The position numbers were made by a program, and so were the translations under genes. DNA of 32,000 nt from Candidatus Saccharimonas aalborgensis (GTDB lineage: Bacteria; Patescibacteriota; Saccharimonadia; Saccharimonadales; Saccharimonadaceae), in NCBI RefSeq assembly GCF_000392435.1, contig NC_021219.1, forward strand, positions 630,001 through 662,000. Direction: 5' to 3'. Shown one piece after another: positions 25,035 through 32,000 of this stretch; position 1 is the stretch's first letter; each line of letters begins with the position of its first letter. The notes below the pieces were generated by a model. It was not told the DNA's origin and made no database searches. It worked only from the letters and a program-made list of their open reading frames with translations.

Positions 25035-26240
25035 GTGAAGAAATTTAATTACGAAGCACGTGACAAGAACTCCGACAAAATTATTAAGTCGATTGTTCAG
25101 GCTGATTCGGAAACCTCGGCGGCGAAAGCATTGGTTGAGCAGGGGTATACGCCCCTTACCATCAAGGAAGTAGACGAAAATGGTGGATTGATCGGCCGTC
25201 TGACCGGAAGGATTAAGACGAAAGATAAGATCGTATTTACTCGACAGCTTGCCACTCTGATCGGAGCTGGTTTGCCACTCGCACAAAGCATTCGGACAGT
25301 GCTTGATCAAACGCAGAATAAAAAACTCCAGGGAGTAATCCAAGAAGTCATCGCCGACGTCGAGGGTGGTAAGCAGTTATCGGAAGCATTTGGAAAGCAC
25401 CCCGAAGTCTTCGATAAGATTTTTTTGGCACTTGTGGCGGCCGGTGAAGTATCGGGAACACTCGATGAGGCACTCAAACGTGTTGCAGCACAGCAAGAAA
25501 AAGATGCAGCTATGATGAGTAAAATAAAGGGTGCAATGACGTATCCTATCATTGTAATGGTTGTTATACTGGCGGTGATGTTGTTTATGCTATTTACCGT
25601 GGTTCCACAGGTTGAAAAGCTCTATCATGATATGAAAAAGTCACTTCCTATGCTGACCGAAATCATGATAAACAGTGCAAACTTCATGATTCACTTCTGG
25701 TGGCTTGTACTTGTCGTTATGTTTATTGGCATTTATTTCTTGAGACAGTATATGCATACCGAAAACGGTATCAGGACATTCGATACCCTCAAACTCAATG
25801 CCCCGTTGTTTAAGGGAATGTTTCGTAAACTTTATATGGCACGCTTCACCCGTACAGGACAGACGCTACTGTCGACCGGTGTGGCAATGCTCGACATGCT
25901 ACGCATTAGTTCGGAGAGTGTAAACAATGTGGTTGTCAGCAAGAGTATTGATCGAGCGGCCGAGAAAGTAAAGGGGGGTAAGGCACTTTCAGCTGCTATT
26001 CAGTCGGAGGAGTACATCCTACCAATGGTTCCGCAGATGATCAAGATTGGCGAACAGTCAGGCAAAATTGATGAGATGATGGGCAAGACGGCCCAAGTGT
26101 TTGAGGATGAGCTTGACGAAGAGATCAAGGCGATCTCGACAGCGATCGAACCGATCCTTATGGTGGTTCTTGCTATCGTAGCTGGTGGAATGGTAGGAGC
26201 AATCCTCTTCCCAATCTATAGCCTCGTAAATGGCGTCTAA
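25035..26240 (+). CDS. pilC: type IV pilus platform protein PilC/GspF family
   Basis: GTG start. Duplicated GspF-type domains (FTRQLATLIGAGLPL and FTRTGQTLLSTGVAMLD) with three TM regions. Confidence 0.85.
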   Translation: MKKFNYEARDKNSDKIIKSIVQADSETSAAKALVEQGYTPLTIKEVDENGGLIGRLTGRIKTKDKIVFTRQLATLIGAGLPLAQSIRTVLDQTQNKKLQGVIQEVIADVEGGKQLSEAFGKHPEVFDKIFLALVAAGEVSGTLDEALKRVAAQQEKDAAMMSKIKGAMTYPIIVMVVILAVMLFMLFTVVPQVEKLYHDMKKSLPMLTEIMINSANFMIHFWWLVLVVMFIGIYFLRQYMHTENGIRTFDTLKLNAPLFKGMFRKLYMARFTRTGQTLLSTGVAMLDMLRISSESVNNVVVSKSIDRAAEKVKGGKALSAAIQSEEYILPMVPQMIKIGEQSGKIDEMMGKTAQVFEDELDEEIKAISTAIEPILMVVLAIVAGGMVGAILFPIYSLVNGV

Positions 26241-26244
26241 GTAC

Positions 26245-26273
26245 TAGACAAATAACACCGAGCACGCTATGAT
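26245..26273 (+). promoter_or_regulatory. pilin gene promoter
   Basis: TAGACA (26245-26250), 17 nt, TATGAT (26268-26273). AAAGGTGG RBS 9 nt before the ATG. Confidence 0.45.
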
Positions 26274-26319
26274 AGGCCTTAAGCATAAGTATTGTTCATA
26301 AGAAAGGTGGAACGAAACT

Positions 26320-26826
26320 ATGAGCATTCAGCAAAAACAACGGGGGTTTACAATCATCGAGGTGGTGCTCGTGCTCGCTATTGCGGCACTTATCTTCCTG
26401 ATGGTGTTCATCGCCTTGCCTGCTTTGCAGCGTAATCAACGCGATACCGCACGCAAGACGGTTCTCGGAAAGGTAAGCTCGGCCGTGACTACCTACCAGT
26501 CAAATAAGCGGGGAGCCCAGCCAACCAAGGGTGTTGATCTACAGGGCTATGTCGATGGTCGCACCGGGACTACGAGTGATAAAGGTGCCGCAGGAAGCTT
26601 CACTGCTTCAGCAAATGACACGGTCATTGATAACGATTACATCGTAACTGTTAAGGCGTATGCTTCTGGTGATACAGTAGGAAATGCCGACACAAACGTT
26701 GTTCAAGTTGTCACGGGTGCAACCTGCAACTCTACTGGCGATGCAGTAGCATCGGGTACAACACGCAATGCCGCGATTCTTATCAAGCTCGAAAACGGTA
26801 GCGCAATTGTCTGCCAAGCAGTCTAG
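26320..26826 (+). CDS. pilA: major type IV pilin (class III signal peptide)
   Basis: MSIQQKQRG|FTIIEVVLVLAIAALIF has Gly-1, Phe+1 and Glu+5. C-terminal Cys pair. It has its own promoter and terminator. Confidence 0.8.
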   Translation: MSIQQKQRGFTIIEVVLVLAIAALIFLMVFIALPALQRNQRDTARKTVLGKVSSAVTTYQSNKRGAQPTKGVDLQGYVDGRTGTTSDKGAAGSFTASANDTVIDNDYIVTVKAYASGDTVGNADTNVVQVVTGATCNSTGDAVASGTTRNAAILIKLENGSAIVCQAV

Positions 26827-26853
26827 GCATCTGTATATAGTCTGAGCATTCGA

Positions 26854-26882
26854 ACCGCGTCTCTTCCAGTGACGCGGTCTTT
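26854..26882 (+). terminator. hairpin terminator/attenuator after the pilin gene
   Basis: ACCGCGTC pairs with GACGCGGT (8-bp perfect stem, 9-nt loop), followed by CTTTG. The U tract is short. Confidence 0.5.
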
Positions 26883-26890
26883 GCTATACT
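26882..26890 (+). promoter_or_regulatory. extended -10 element before the prepilin peptidase gene
   Basis: TGC-TATACT, then 9 nt (ending in AGT) to the ATG at 26900. No good -35 box. Confidence 0.3.
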
Positions 26891-26899
26891 ATCTGGAGT

Positions 26900-27772
26900 A
26901 TGGATTATATTTTTGGAACGTTGATTGTTAGTATCGGGGGACTCATGCTTGGTAGCTTCGCAGGTGCTCAGGTGTGGCGCTTACGGGCGCGACAGCTTGA
27001 CGAGGACAGACAGGCCGGGGAAACTATTGATAAACAAGAACTTAGCCGCTTGAAACCTCTCATATCAGTTTCTCTTACGTCAGATCGCTCAGTCTGCTTA
27101 TACTGCCATCATCAGCTGCGTTGGTATGATATGATCCCTCTGCTCAGCTGGGCTGGTACAGGCGGCAGATGCCGTTACTGTCGGCAATCTATAGGCTCCC
27201 TGGAACCTCTTATAGAGCTTGGGCTAAGCGCTGCATTTGTTATCTCATATCTTTACTGGCCCACACCTCTTACATCAGGGGTAGCATGGGGAGCATTTGT
27301 CGTCTGGCTACTTTCTCTCACAAGTCTTGCGATTTTGGTTACATATGACATTCGTTGGCAGCTTCTGCCAGATATCGTTAGCTACTGCTATATGTTACTG
27401 GGAATTATATTTATTGTCCTTGGCTTTCATGGGGGGTGGGGTTCAATTGTTGAAGTAGTAGGGGCTGTGGCGGTACTCGGCGGTCTCTATGGCATACTTT
27501 ACATGCTTTCGGGTGGGAGATGGATTGGCTTCGGTGACGTTAAGTTAGGAGTCGGACTGGGACTTTTTCTGTCAAATTGGCGACAGGCGTTACTAGCGCT
27601 CTTTCTCGCTAACCTCATAGGTTGCATCGTTGTTATACCGGGTCTTATCAGTCGAAAGCTAACCAGTACCTCGCATATACCGTTTGGACCATTTCTTGTC
27701 GCAGGGATGATGCTGGCATTCTTCTGGGGCGAGTGGCTCATCTCGCGACTTTTGTCGCTTCAATTGTTCTAG
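26900..27772 (+). CDS. pilD: prepilin peptidase / N-methyltransferase (A24 family)
   Basis: CLYCHHQL...CRYCRQ zinc motif. GFGDVKLG and IPFGPFL aspartate/active-site motifs. Polytopic membrane protein. Confidence 0.9.
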   Translation: MDYIFGTLIVSIGGLMLGSFAGAQVWRLRARQLDEDRQAGETIDKQELSRLKPLISVSLTSDRSVCLYCHHQLRWYDMIPLLSWAGTGGRCRYCRQSIGSLEPLIELGLSAAFVISYLYWPTPLTSGVAWGAFVVWLLSLTSLAILVTYDIRWQLLPDIVSYCYMLLGIIFIVLGFHGGWGSIVEVVGAVAVLGGLYGILYMLSGGRWIGFGDVKLGVGLGLFLSNWRQALLALFLANLIGCIVVIPGLISRKLTSTSHIPFGPFLVAGMMLAFFWGEWLISRLLSLQLF

Positions 27773-27790
27773 GTGTCTTGTTGCTGCTTA

Positions 27791-27799
27791 TGCTATAAT
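27791..27799 (+). promoter_or_regulatory. extended -10 element before the pseudopilin operon
   Basis: TGC-TATAAT, then 10 nt (ending in AGT) to the ATG at 27810. No Shine-Dalgarno sequence. Confidence 0.4.
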
Positions 27800-27809
27800 C
27801 ATCTCAAGT

Positions 27810-28529
27810 ATGATTGGGAATAAATCGGCTGGATTCACTGTTATTGAAACCATTCTTTATCTTGCCGTTACCGGTCTTCTTGCGGTTGGAGTGCTTGCAG
27901 GAGCGACAACGGCTATCAACCAGCAGCGCTACAAAGATGCCACGAACTCTTTTGTCGATTATCTCCAGTCGGGATATGACCAGACCATCAACGTTCAGAA
28001 TGACCGGCCAGTAGAAAAAACCTGTGACAGTGCTTCTCAGATTACTGACTCTCCAAATCCTGCAGCAGAGGTGAGAGGAGCGACAGAGTGTTTCGTGATC
28101 GGCCAACTGATATCGACTGACGATGGACGGGCTTTTACCATGACAGTAGTATATGGTTCCCAAGATGGTTCGAAAAAGACGAATGATGCAGACGCCTTGA
28201 CATCATCAAACCTTTTTTTGGGTACAACCTCTAGTACATATACACTTGAGTGGGATACGAGGATTGTCCAACCGGGCACTGCAACACCAATTCTTCCGAC
28301 AAGTATTTTAATTGCTCGCTCGCCTTCGAGCGGCGTGGTGCGAACCTACATCGGTGCCAAAGCGTTAACATTGTCAGCACTCATTACCACAGGCGCGGTA
28401 TCAGCTGATACTCTCTTTTGTGTTGATCCCTCGGGGTGGACGGGAGCAACTCGTGATGGCGCTGTGGTGCGTCCTGACACGACAAACAGCAGCGGGGTGA
28501 AGCTTGCTGGTCCAGGAGGCGGTTGCTGA
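27810..28529 (+). CDS. minor pilin / pseudopilin
   Basis: MIGNKSAG|FTVIETILYLAVTGLL is a class III signal with Glu+5. Confidence 0.7.
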   Translation: MIGNKSAGFTVIETILYLAVTGLLAVGVLAGATTAINQQRYKDATNSFVDYLQSGYDQTINVQNDRPVEKTCDSASQITDSPNPAAEVRGATECFVIGQLISTDDGRAFTMTVVYGSQDGSKKTNDADALTSSNLFLGTTSSTYTLEWDTRIVQPGTATPILPTSILIARSPSSGVVRTYIGAKALTLSALITTGAVSADTLFCVDPSGWTGATRDGAVVRPDTTNSSGVKLAGPGGGC

Positions 28530-29122
28530 TGCGTTTTAGTAAGGGCGATACGATTATCGAAGTGATGTTTTCATTCGTCGTCTTTAGTATGGTTATCGTA
28601 GGCGCCTTTATTTTGATGAATCAAGGTATCGCCTCGGCGCAGCGTTCCCTCGAAATTACCCTGGTTCGCGAGCAGATAGACGCGCAGATTGATATGGCTC
28701 GGTATGTCCAGAAATACGAGAGGACCACCTGGGAGAGCCTGATTAAACCAGCTCCTACGGGCAAACTGGTGTCGTCAGTTTCCGAGTTTGGCACAGATCT
28801 CAGCTGTCCCACTTCTGCATCTCTATCAGATACGTTCTTTTTTGGGCGTACTTCGGATGCAAAGACGGTCACTCTCTATAGTGTTGGCGCTGCGTCTTAT
28901 GGGCTCGCTCCTACCTATAGCCTTGTTGACTACCTTGCGACAACCCCCAAATCATACGGGATATGGCTCATGATTGTGCCTGCGGAGACCAAGTCAGGGG
29001 GTCCTGCTGACTCGGCTACCAACAAAGCGTATGATCTCCATGTTCGATCGTGTTGGAACAGCGTTGGATCAAGTCAACCAATGACCATCGGAACTGTTAC
29101 GAGGTTTTATGATGTCAAATAG
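28529..29122 (+). CDS. atypical minor pilin (Asp at +1)
   Basis: AGGAGG RBS 9 nt before the ATG at 28529, with a TGATG overlap. MRFSKG|DTIIEVMFSFVVFSMVIV has Glu+5 present but Asp instead of Phe at +1. Confidence 0.6.
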   Translation: MRFSKGDTIIEVMFSFVVFSMVIVGAFILMNQGIASAQRSLEITLVREQIDAQIDMARYVQKYERTTWESLIKPAPTGKLVSSVSEFGTDLSCPTSASLSDTFFFGRTSDAKTVTLYSVGAASYGLAPTYSLVDYLATTPKSYGIWLMIVPAETKSGGPADSATNKAYDLHVRSCWNSVGSSQPMTIGTVTRFYDVK

Positions 29123-29822
29123 AGCTTGTAGTAAAGGATTTACTCTAATCGAACTTATGATCTCGATGACTTTTTTGTCAATTTTATTGATTGCGATTAC
29201 CGTTGCGACCCTTCAAATCATGCACCAGTATTCCAAGGGAATGACGGTAAAGTCAATCAATCAAATAGGCCGAAATCTTGCTGATAGTATACGACGCGAT
29301 GCGCGGTCACTGAGCACCGTGGGTGGTGGTAAGTATGTCGCACCAAATACTATCGGAGCAGGGGGGTTGGGACGTCTTTGCCTCGGCTCGGCGAGCTATA
29401 TCTGGAATACCGATTCAGCTCTTAGAGACGGTACGGGAGTGAAATATACAGGGGTACCGAGCCCTCGGATGATTGCGATGGCACGAGTAAACGACCAGGG
29501 CGGACAGTACTGCCTGCCTGTTAGTGGTAACTATCGCATGGATGTACCTGCAACCCTTGCTACCGAAATGCTGAGTAATTCTCTCGATACGACGACAGCG
29601 ACAACGGGTACCTTCACTGAGCTTGCACTCTATGAAATGACGCTGACGCCGATGGTGACTAATAATCCAGGGGTACTTTACACGCTGCAATTCACTCTTG
29701 GTACAAACCAATCCGGTACTATCGATACTGTTGACCAATCATGCCTCAACCAATCTAACACAACCTCAAATTATGATTTTTGCGCAGTAAATAAGTTTCA
29801 AATCGTCTTACGTATGGGATAA
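29109..29822 (+). CDS. minor pilin / pseudopilin
   Basis: MMSNRACSKG|FTLIELMISMTFLSILLI is a canonical class III signal. Confidence 0.7.
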   Translation: MMSNRACSKGFTLIELMISMTFLSILLIAITVATLQIMHQYSKGMTVKSINQIGRNLADSIRRDARSLSTVGGGKYVAPNTIGAGGLGRLCLGSASYIWNTDSALRDGTGVKYTGVPSPRMIAMARVNDQGGQYCLPVSGNYRMDVPATLATEMLSNSLDTTTATTGTFTELALYEMTLTPMVTNNPGVLYTLQFTLGTNQSGTIDTVDQSCLNQSNTTSNYDFCAVNKFQIVLRMG

Positions 29823-31057
29823 TGATAAGTATGAGCACCATTCGAGAACAGCAACGGGGAGCAGTATCACTTTTTATCGTTATATTTGCAGCGCTACTAA
29901 TCATGGTACTAACGATAGGATTTATCCGTATGATGATACAGGAGCAAAAACAAGCACTCAACGACGATCTTTCTCAAAGCGCATACGACTCTGCCGTCAC
30001 TGGTGTCGAAGATGCCAAACGAGTCTTGCGGGCATGCCAGCAAGACTCTACCTCTGTAGCGTGTACTGCTCTCGATGCGCACAAGTGCAGCACTATCACA
30101 GATGCTCAAGTCGTCAGTGGCAGTGGCGAGACGACCATTAAGACAAACGGCTCGAGCGATACTAGTCTCAACCAAGCCTATACGTGTGTCAAGATATTTC
30201 GACAAACCGACGATAATATAGGGGATCTGACTGCGGGCACAAGTAAAGTTATTCGCATGAAAGCGACAGCCCCGTTTTCTTATTTCACCGTTGAGTGGAT
30301 GCTAAAGGGCAAGCCAGGCGGTGAGGATTCATCTGATCTTACAGCTCCTACCTCGAGCGTCCCTGTTATATCGTTACCGCCACGCTCAGGTTGGTCATCA
30401 AACTCGCCATCACTCTTGCGTGTCCAAGCTCTTCTGCCCCCAAATGCCAGTTCGGTGGATAGGGCGGCGATGGACGGAGCAATGCCAGATCCAGCAAATC
30501 CAGGTAATAGTATCTATATCGCGTCAACAACATTCCTGAGGCCATCAAATGTAAGCGCCTCTCAGAATGCGCTCGGTACGACTGCTTCGATAGGCTCTCA
30601 ACCACGTGCACCAGCTGATCTCAACGCTCATGTCGAATCGCTGAGTCCGATTGCGGTATCGTGCTCGAAAGCTGGCTATCTTGGCGGTGCATACGCCTGT
30701 AAAGCTGCATTTAAAGTATCATATACGGTCCCCGCGGGCTCGACAGTTGCTTTTCTGCGATTAAGTAGTATCTATCGAGATACCTCATATCGAGTAGCCC
30801 TTTATACATCAGAGCTTGATCAAACGCTCGTACAGTTTGATGGTGTCCAGCCTCTTGTTGACTCAACAGGTCGGGCAAATAATGTCTATCGGCGGGTTGA
30901 GAGTCGTATTGAACCAGGGGTTGCTGGTACAGGAGCACTTCCGTATCCTGAAAATGCGGTCGATGTAACCGGCAGTTTTTGCAAAGATTTTTATATTACT
31001 AATACAGTGGGGAGCACGGGAGTGCCTGCCTGCTCCACCATTCCCGTCATTCCGTAG
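29822..31057 (+). CDS. large PilX-N-like pilus-associated protein (411 aa)
   Basis: EQQRGAVSLFIVIFAALLIMVL N-terminus (QRG followed by a hydrophobic helix, no Glu+5). ATAATG coupling to the preceding pseudopilin gene. Confidence 0.55.
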   Translation: MISMSTIREQQRGAVSLFIVIFAALLIMVLTIGFIRMMIQEQKQALNDDLSQSAYDSAVTGVEDAKRVLRACQQDSTSVACTALDAHKCSTITDAQVVSGSGETTIKTNGSSDTSLNQAYTCVKIFRQTDDNIGDLTAGTSKVIRMKATAPFSYFTVEWMLKGKPGGEDSSDLTAPTSSVPVISLPPRSGWSSNSPSLLRVQALLPPNASSVDRAAMDGAMPDPANPGNSIYIASTTFLRPSNVSASQNALGTTASIGSQPRAPADLNAHVESLSPIAVSCSKAGYLGGAYACKAAFKVSYTVPAGSTVAFLRLSSIYRDTSYRVALYTSELDQTLVQFDGVQPLVDSTGRANNVYRRVESRIEPGVAGTGALPYPENAVDVTGSFCKDFYITNTVGSTGVPACSTIPVIP

Positions 31058-31994
31058 TAGAGTTCTCGCTATGGTATTGATCGTATACCTGCTTGAGGTG
31101 GGTATCTGTCACATGGGTATACACCTGGGTAGTACTAATGTTGCTGTGGCCTAGCATGGATTGTACACTACGGATATCTGCCCCGTTCATCAGCAGGTCT
31201 GTTGCGAAACTATGACGCATAGTGTGAGGGCTGACGTGTTTTGTGATACCGGCAAGTTTTGCGTATTTACTGACGAGGCGCTCAATACTTCGAGGAGTCA
31301 GTCGTCTGTACATTCCAGATCGATCGGCGCCGCAGTTACGACTATAGTTTAAAAATAGGGGAGGCAGTGAGTCGGTTCGTGTAGACAAATAGGCCTCAAC
31401 ATGCGCAGCTGCCTCTCGACTCACAAAGACTGGTCTATCTTTTTGGCCTTTACCGCGCACCATAAATTCTCTGCGTTTGGTATTGATATGGTCCCTGTCA
31501 AGAGCGGTGAGTTCGGATATTCGTAGCCCACTTGAAAAGAGTAGTTCGATTATCGCACGGTCGCGCAGGTGCTGCTCTTTGCCGGTTGATGGGATAGATT
31601 CGATGAGGCGTTGAAGCTCCTCGAAATGGAGAAATGTGACTTGCTTGCGGTGTACCTTTGGGAGTTCAATTTTATCAGGGCTCAGCGAGGCAATGTTCCT
31701 TTTAGAAAGGTAGGATAGAAATCCTCGGAGCGCAATCAAATGATAACTCTGTGTGATGAGTGCGAGGTCCTCTCCAGAAATATCTGAAGTATAGCGATTA
31801 AGCCATAACCGATATTTTCTCATCAGCTCCGATGAGATATCTGCCACTAATATATCTCCGGCAAATTCAATAAAGCGTTCGAGATAACGGCGGTAGTTTT
31901 CGGCAGTTTTTGCTGAGCGACCACGTTCTACTTCCATGTGTTCAATAAAATCAATGATGAGCTCAGACATGTACATATACCTAGCATAGCGCAT
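31047..31994 (-). CDS. tyrosine recombinase, XerC/XerD-like
   Basis: Core-binding N-terminal domain (FIEHMEVERGRSAKTAENYRRYL). Catalytic region HTMRHSFATDLL...LGHSNISTTQVYTHV. The start may be the third Met, at 31970. Confidence 0.85.
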   Translation of the reverse strand: MRYARYMYMSELIIDFIEHMEVERGRSAKTAENYRRYLERFIEFAGDILVADISSELMRKYRLWLNRYTSDISGEDLALITQSYHLIALRGFLSYLSKRNIASLSPDKIELPKVHRKQVTFLHFEELQRLIESIPSTGKEQHLRDRAIIELLFSSGLRISELTALDRDHINTKRREFMVRGKGQKDRPVFVSREAAAHVEAYLSTRTDSLPPLFLNYSRNCGADRSGMYRRLTPRSIERLVSKYAKLAGITKHVSPHTMRHSFATDLLMNGADIRSVQSMLGHSNISTTQVYTHVTDTHLKQVYDQYHSENSTTE

Positions 31995-32000
31995 TATTAA

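Noticed and set aside
24642-25343. 233-aa minus-strand ORF
   Set aside because: It is antisense to the 3' end of pilT and the 5' end of pilC, both of which have unambiguous motifs.
26849-26857. GGTTCGAAT (minus strand), resembling a tRNA T-loop
   Set aside because: The flanking bases do not form a T stem or any cloverleaf. The sequence is simply part of the pilin terminator region.
1-32000. CRISPR arrays, IS elements, rRNA/tRNA genes, toxin-antitoxin or defence gene clusters
   Set aside because: I saw no spaced short repeats, no transposase-like ORF, no terminal inverted repeats and no RNA-gene signatures on either strand.

Overview
This 32-kb window comes from a compact bacterial chromosome. 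Hand counts of 60-nt lines give about 37-52% G+C. Intergenic gaps are short and many genes share ATGA or TAATG stop/start overlaps.

Left third: housekeeping genes. These are RNase J, FtsK, a BNR/Asp-box surface protein ending in an LAATG sorting signal, prephenate dehydratase (minus strand), rpsF-ssb-rpsR, a diaminopimelate-decarboxylase-like enzyme, EF-P and TlyA.

Middle: a roughly 2.6-kb island of clearly higher G+C (62-70% in hand-counted lines) sits between tlyA and ychF. It encodes a repeat-containing secreted, membrane-anchored protein and a sortase-like enzyme. Each gene is preceded by an AT-rich patch with a sigma70-type promoter. YchF (minus strand) and a 2H phosphoesterase follow.

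Right half: a two-gene operon encodes a small anchored protein and an 828-aa secreted protein. After it comes a complete, secretin-less type IV pilus cluster (pilM-pilN-pilO-small ORF-pilB-pilT-pilC-pilin-prepilin peptidase plus four pseudopilins). The cluster ends against a convergent Xer-type tyrosine recombinase.

I found no rRNA, tRNA, CRISPR array or transposase. The gene content suggests a small-genome monoderm such as Saccharibacteria/Patescibacteria, but that is inference and I cannot verify it here.

Most notable observations:
- The high-GC surface-protein/sortase island, a possible acquisition from Actinobacteria.
- Its 221-bp perfect internal repeat.
- Recurrent promoters placed 6-10 nt from start codons, implying leaderless mRNAs.
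- The uncharacterised secreted-protein operon next to the pilus genes.
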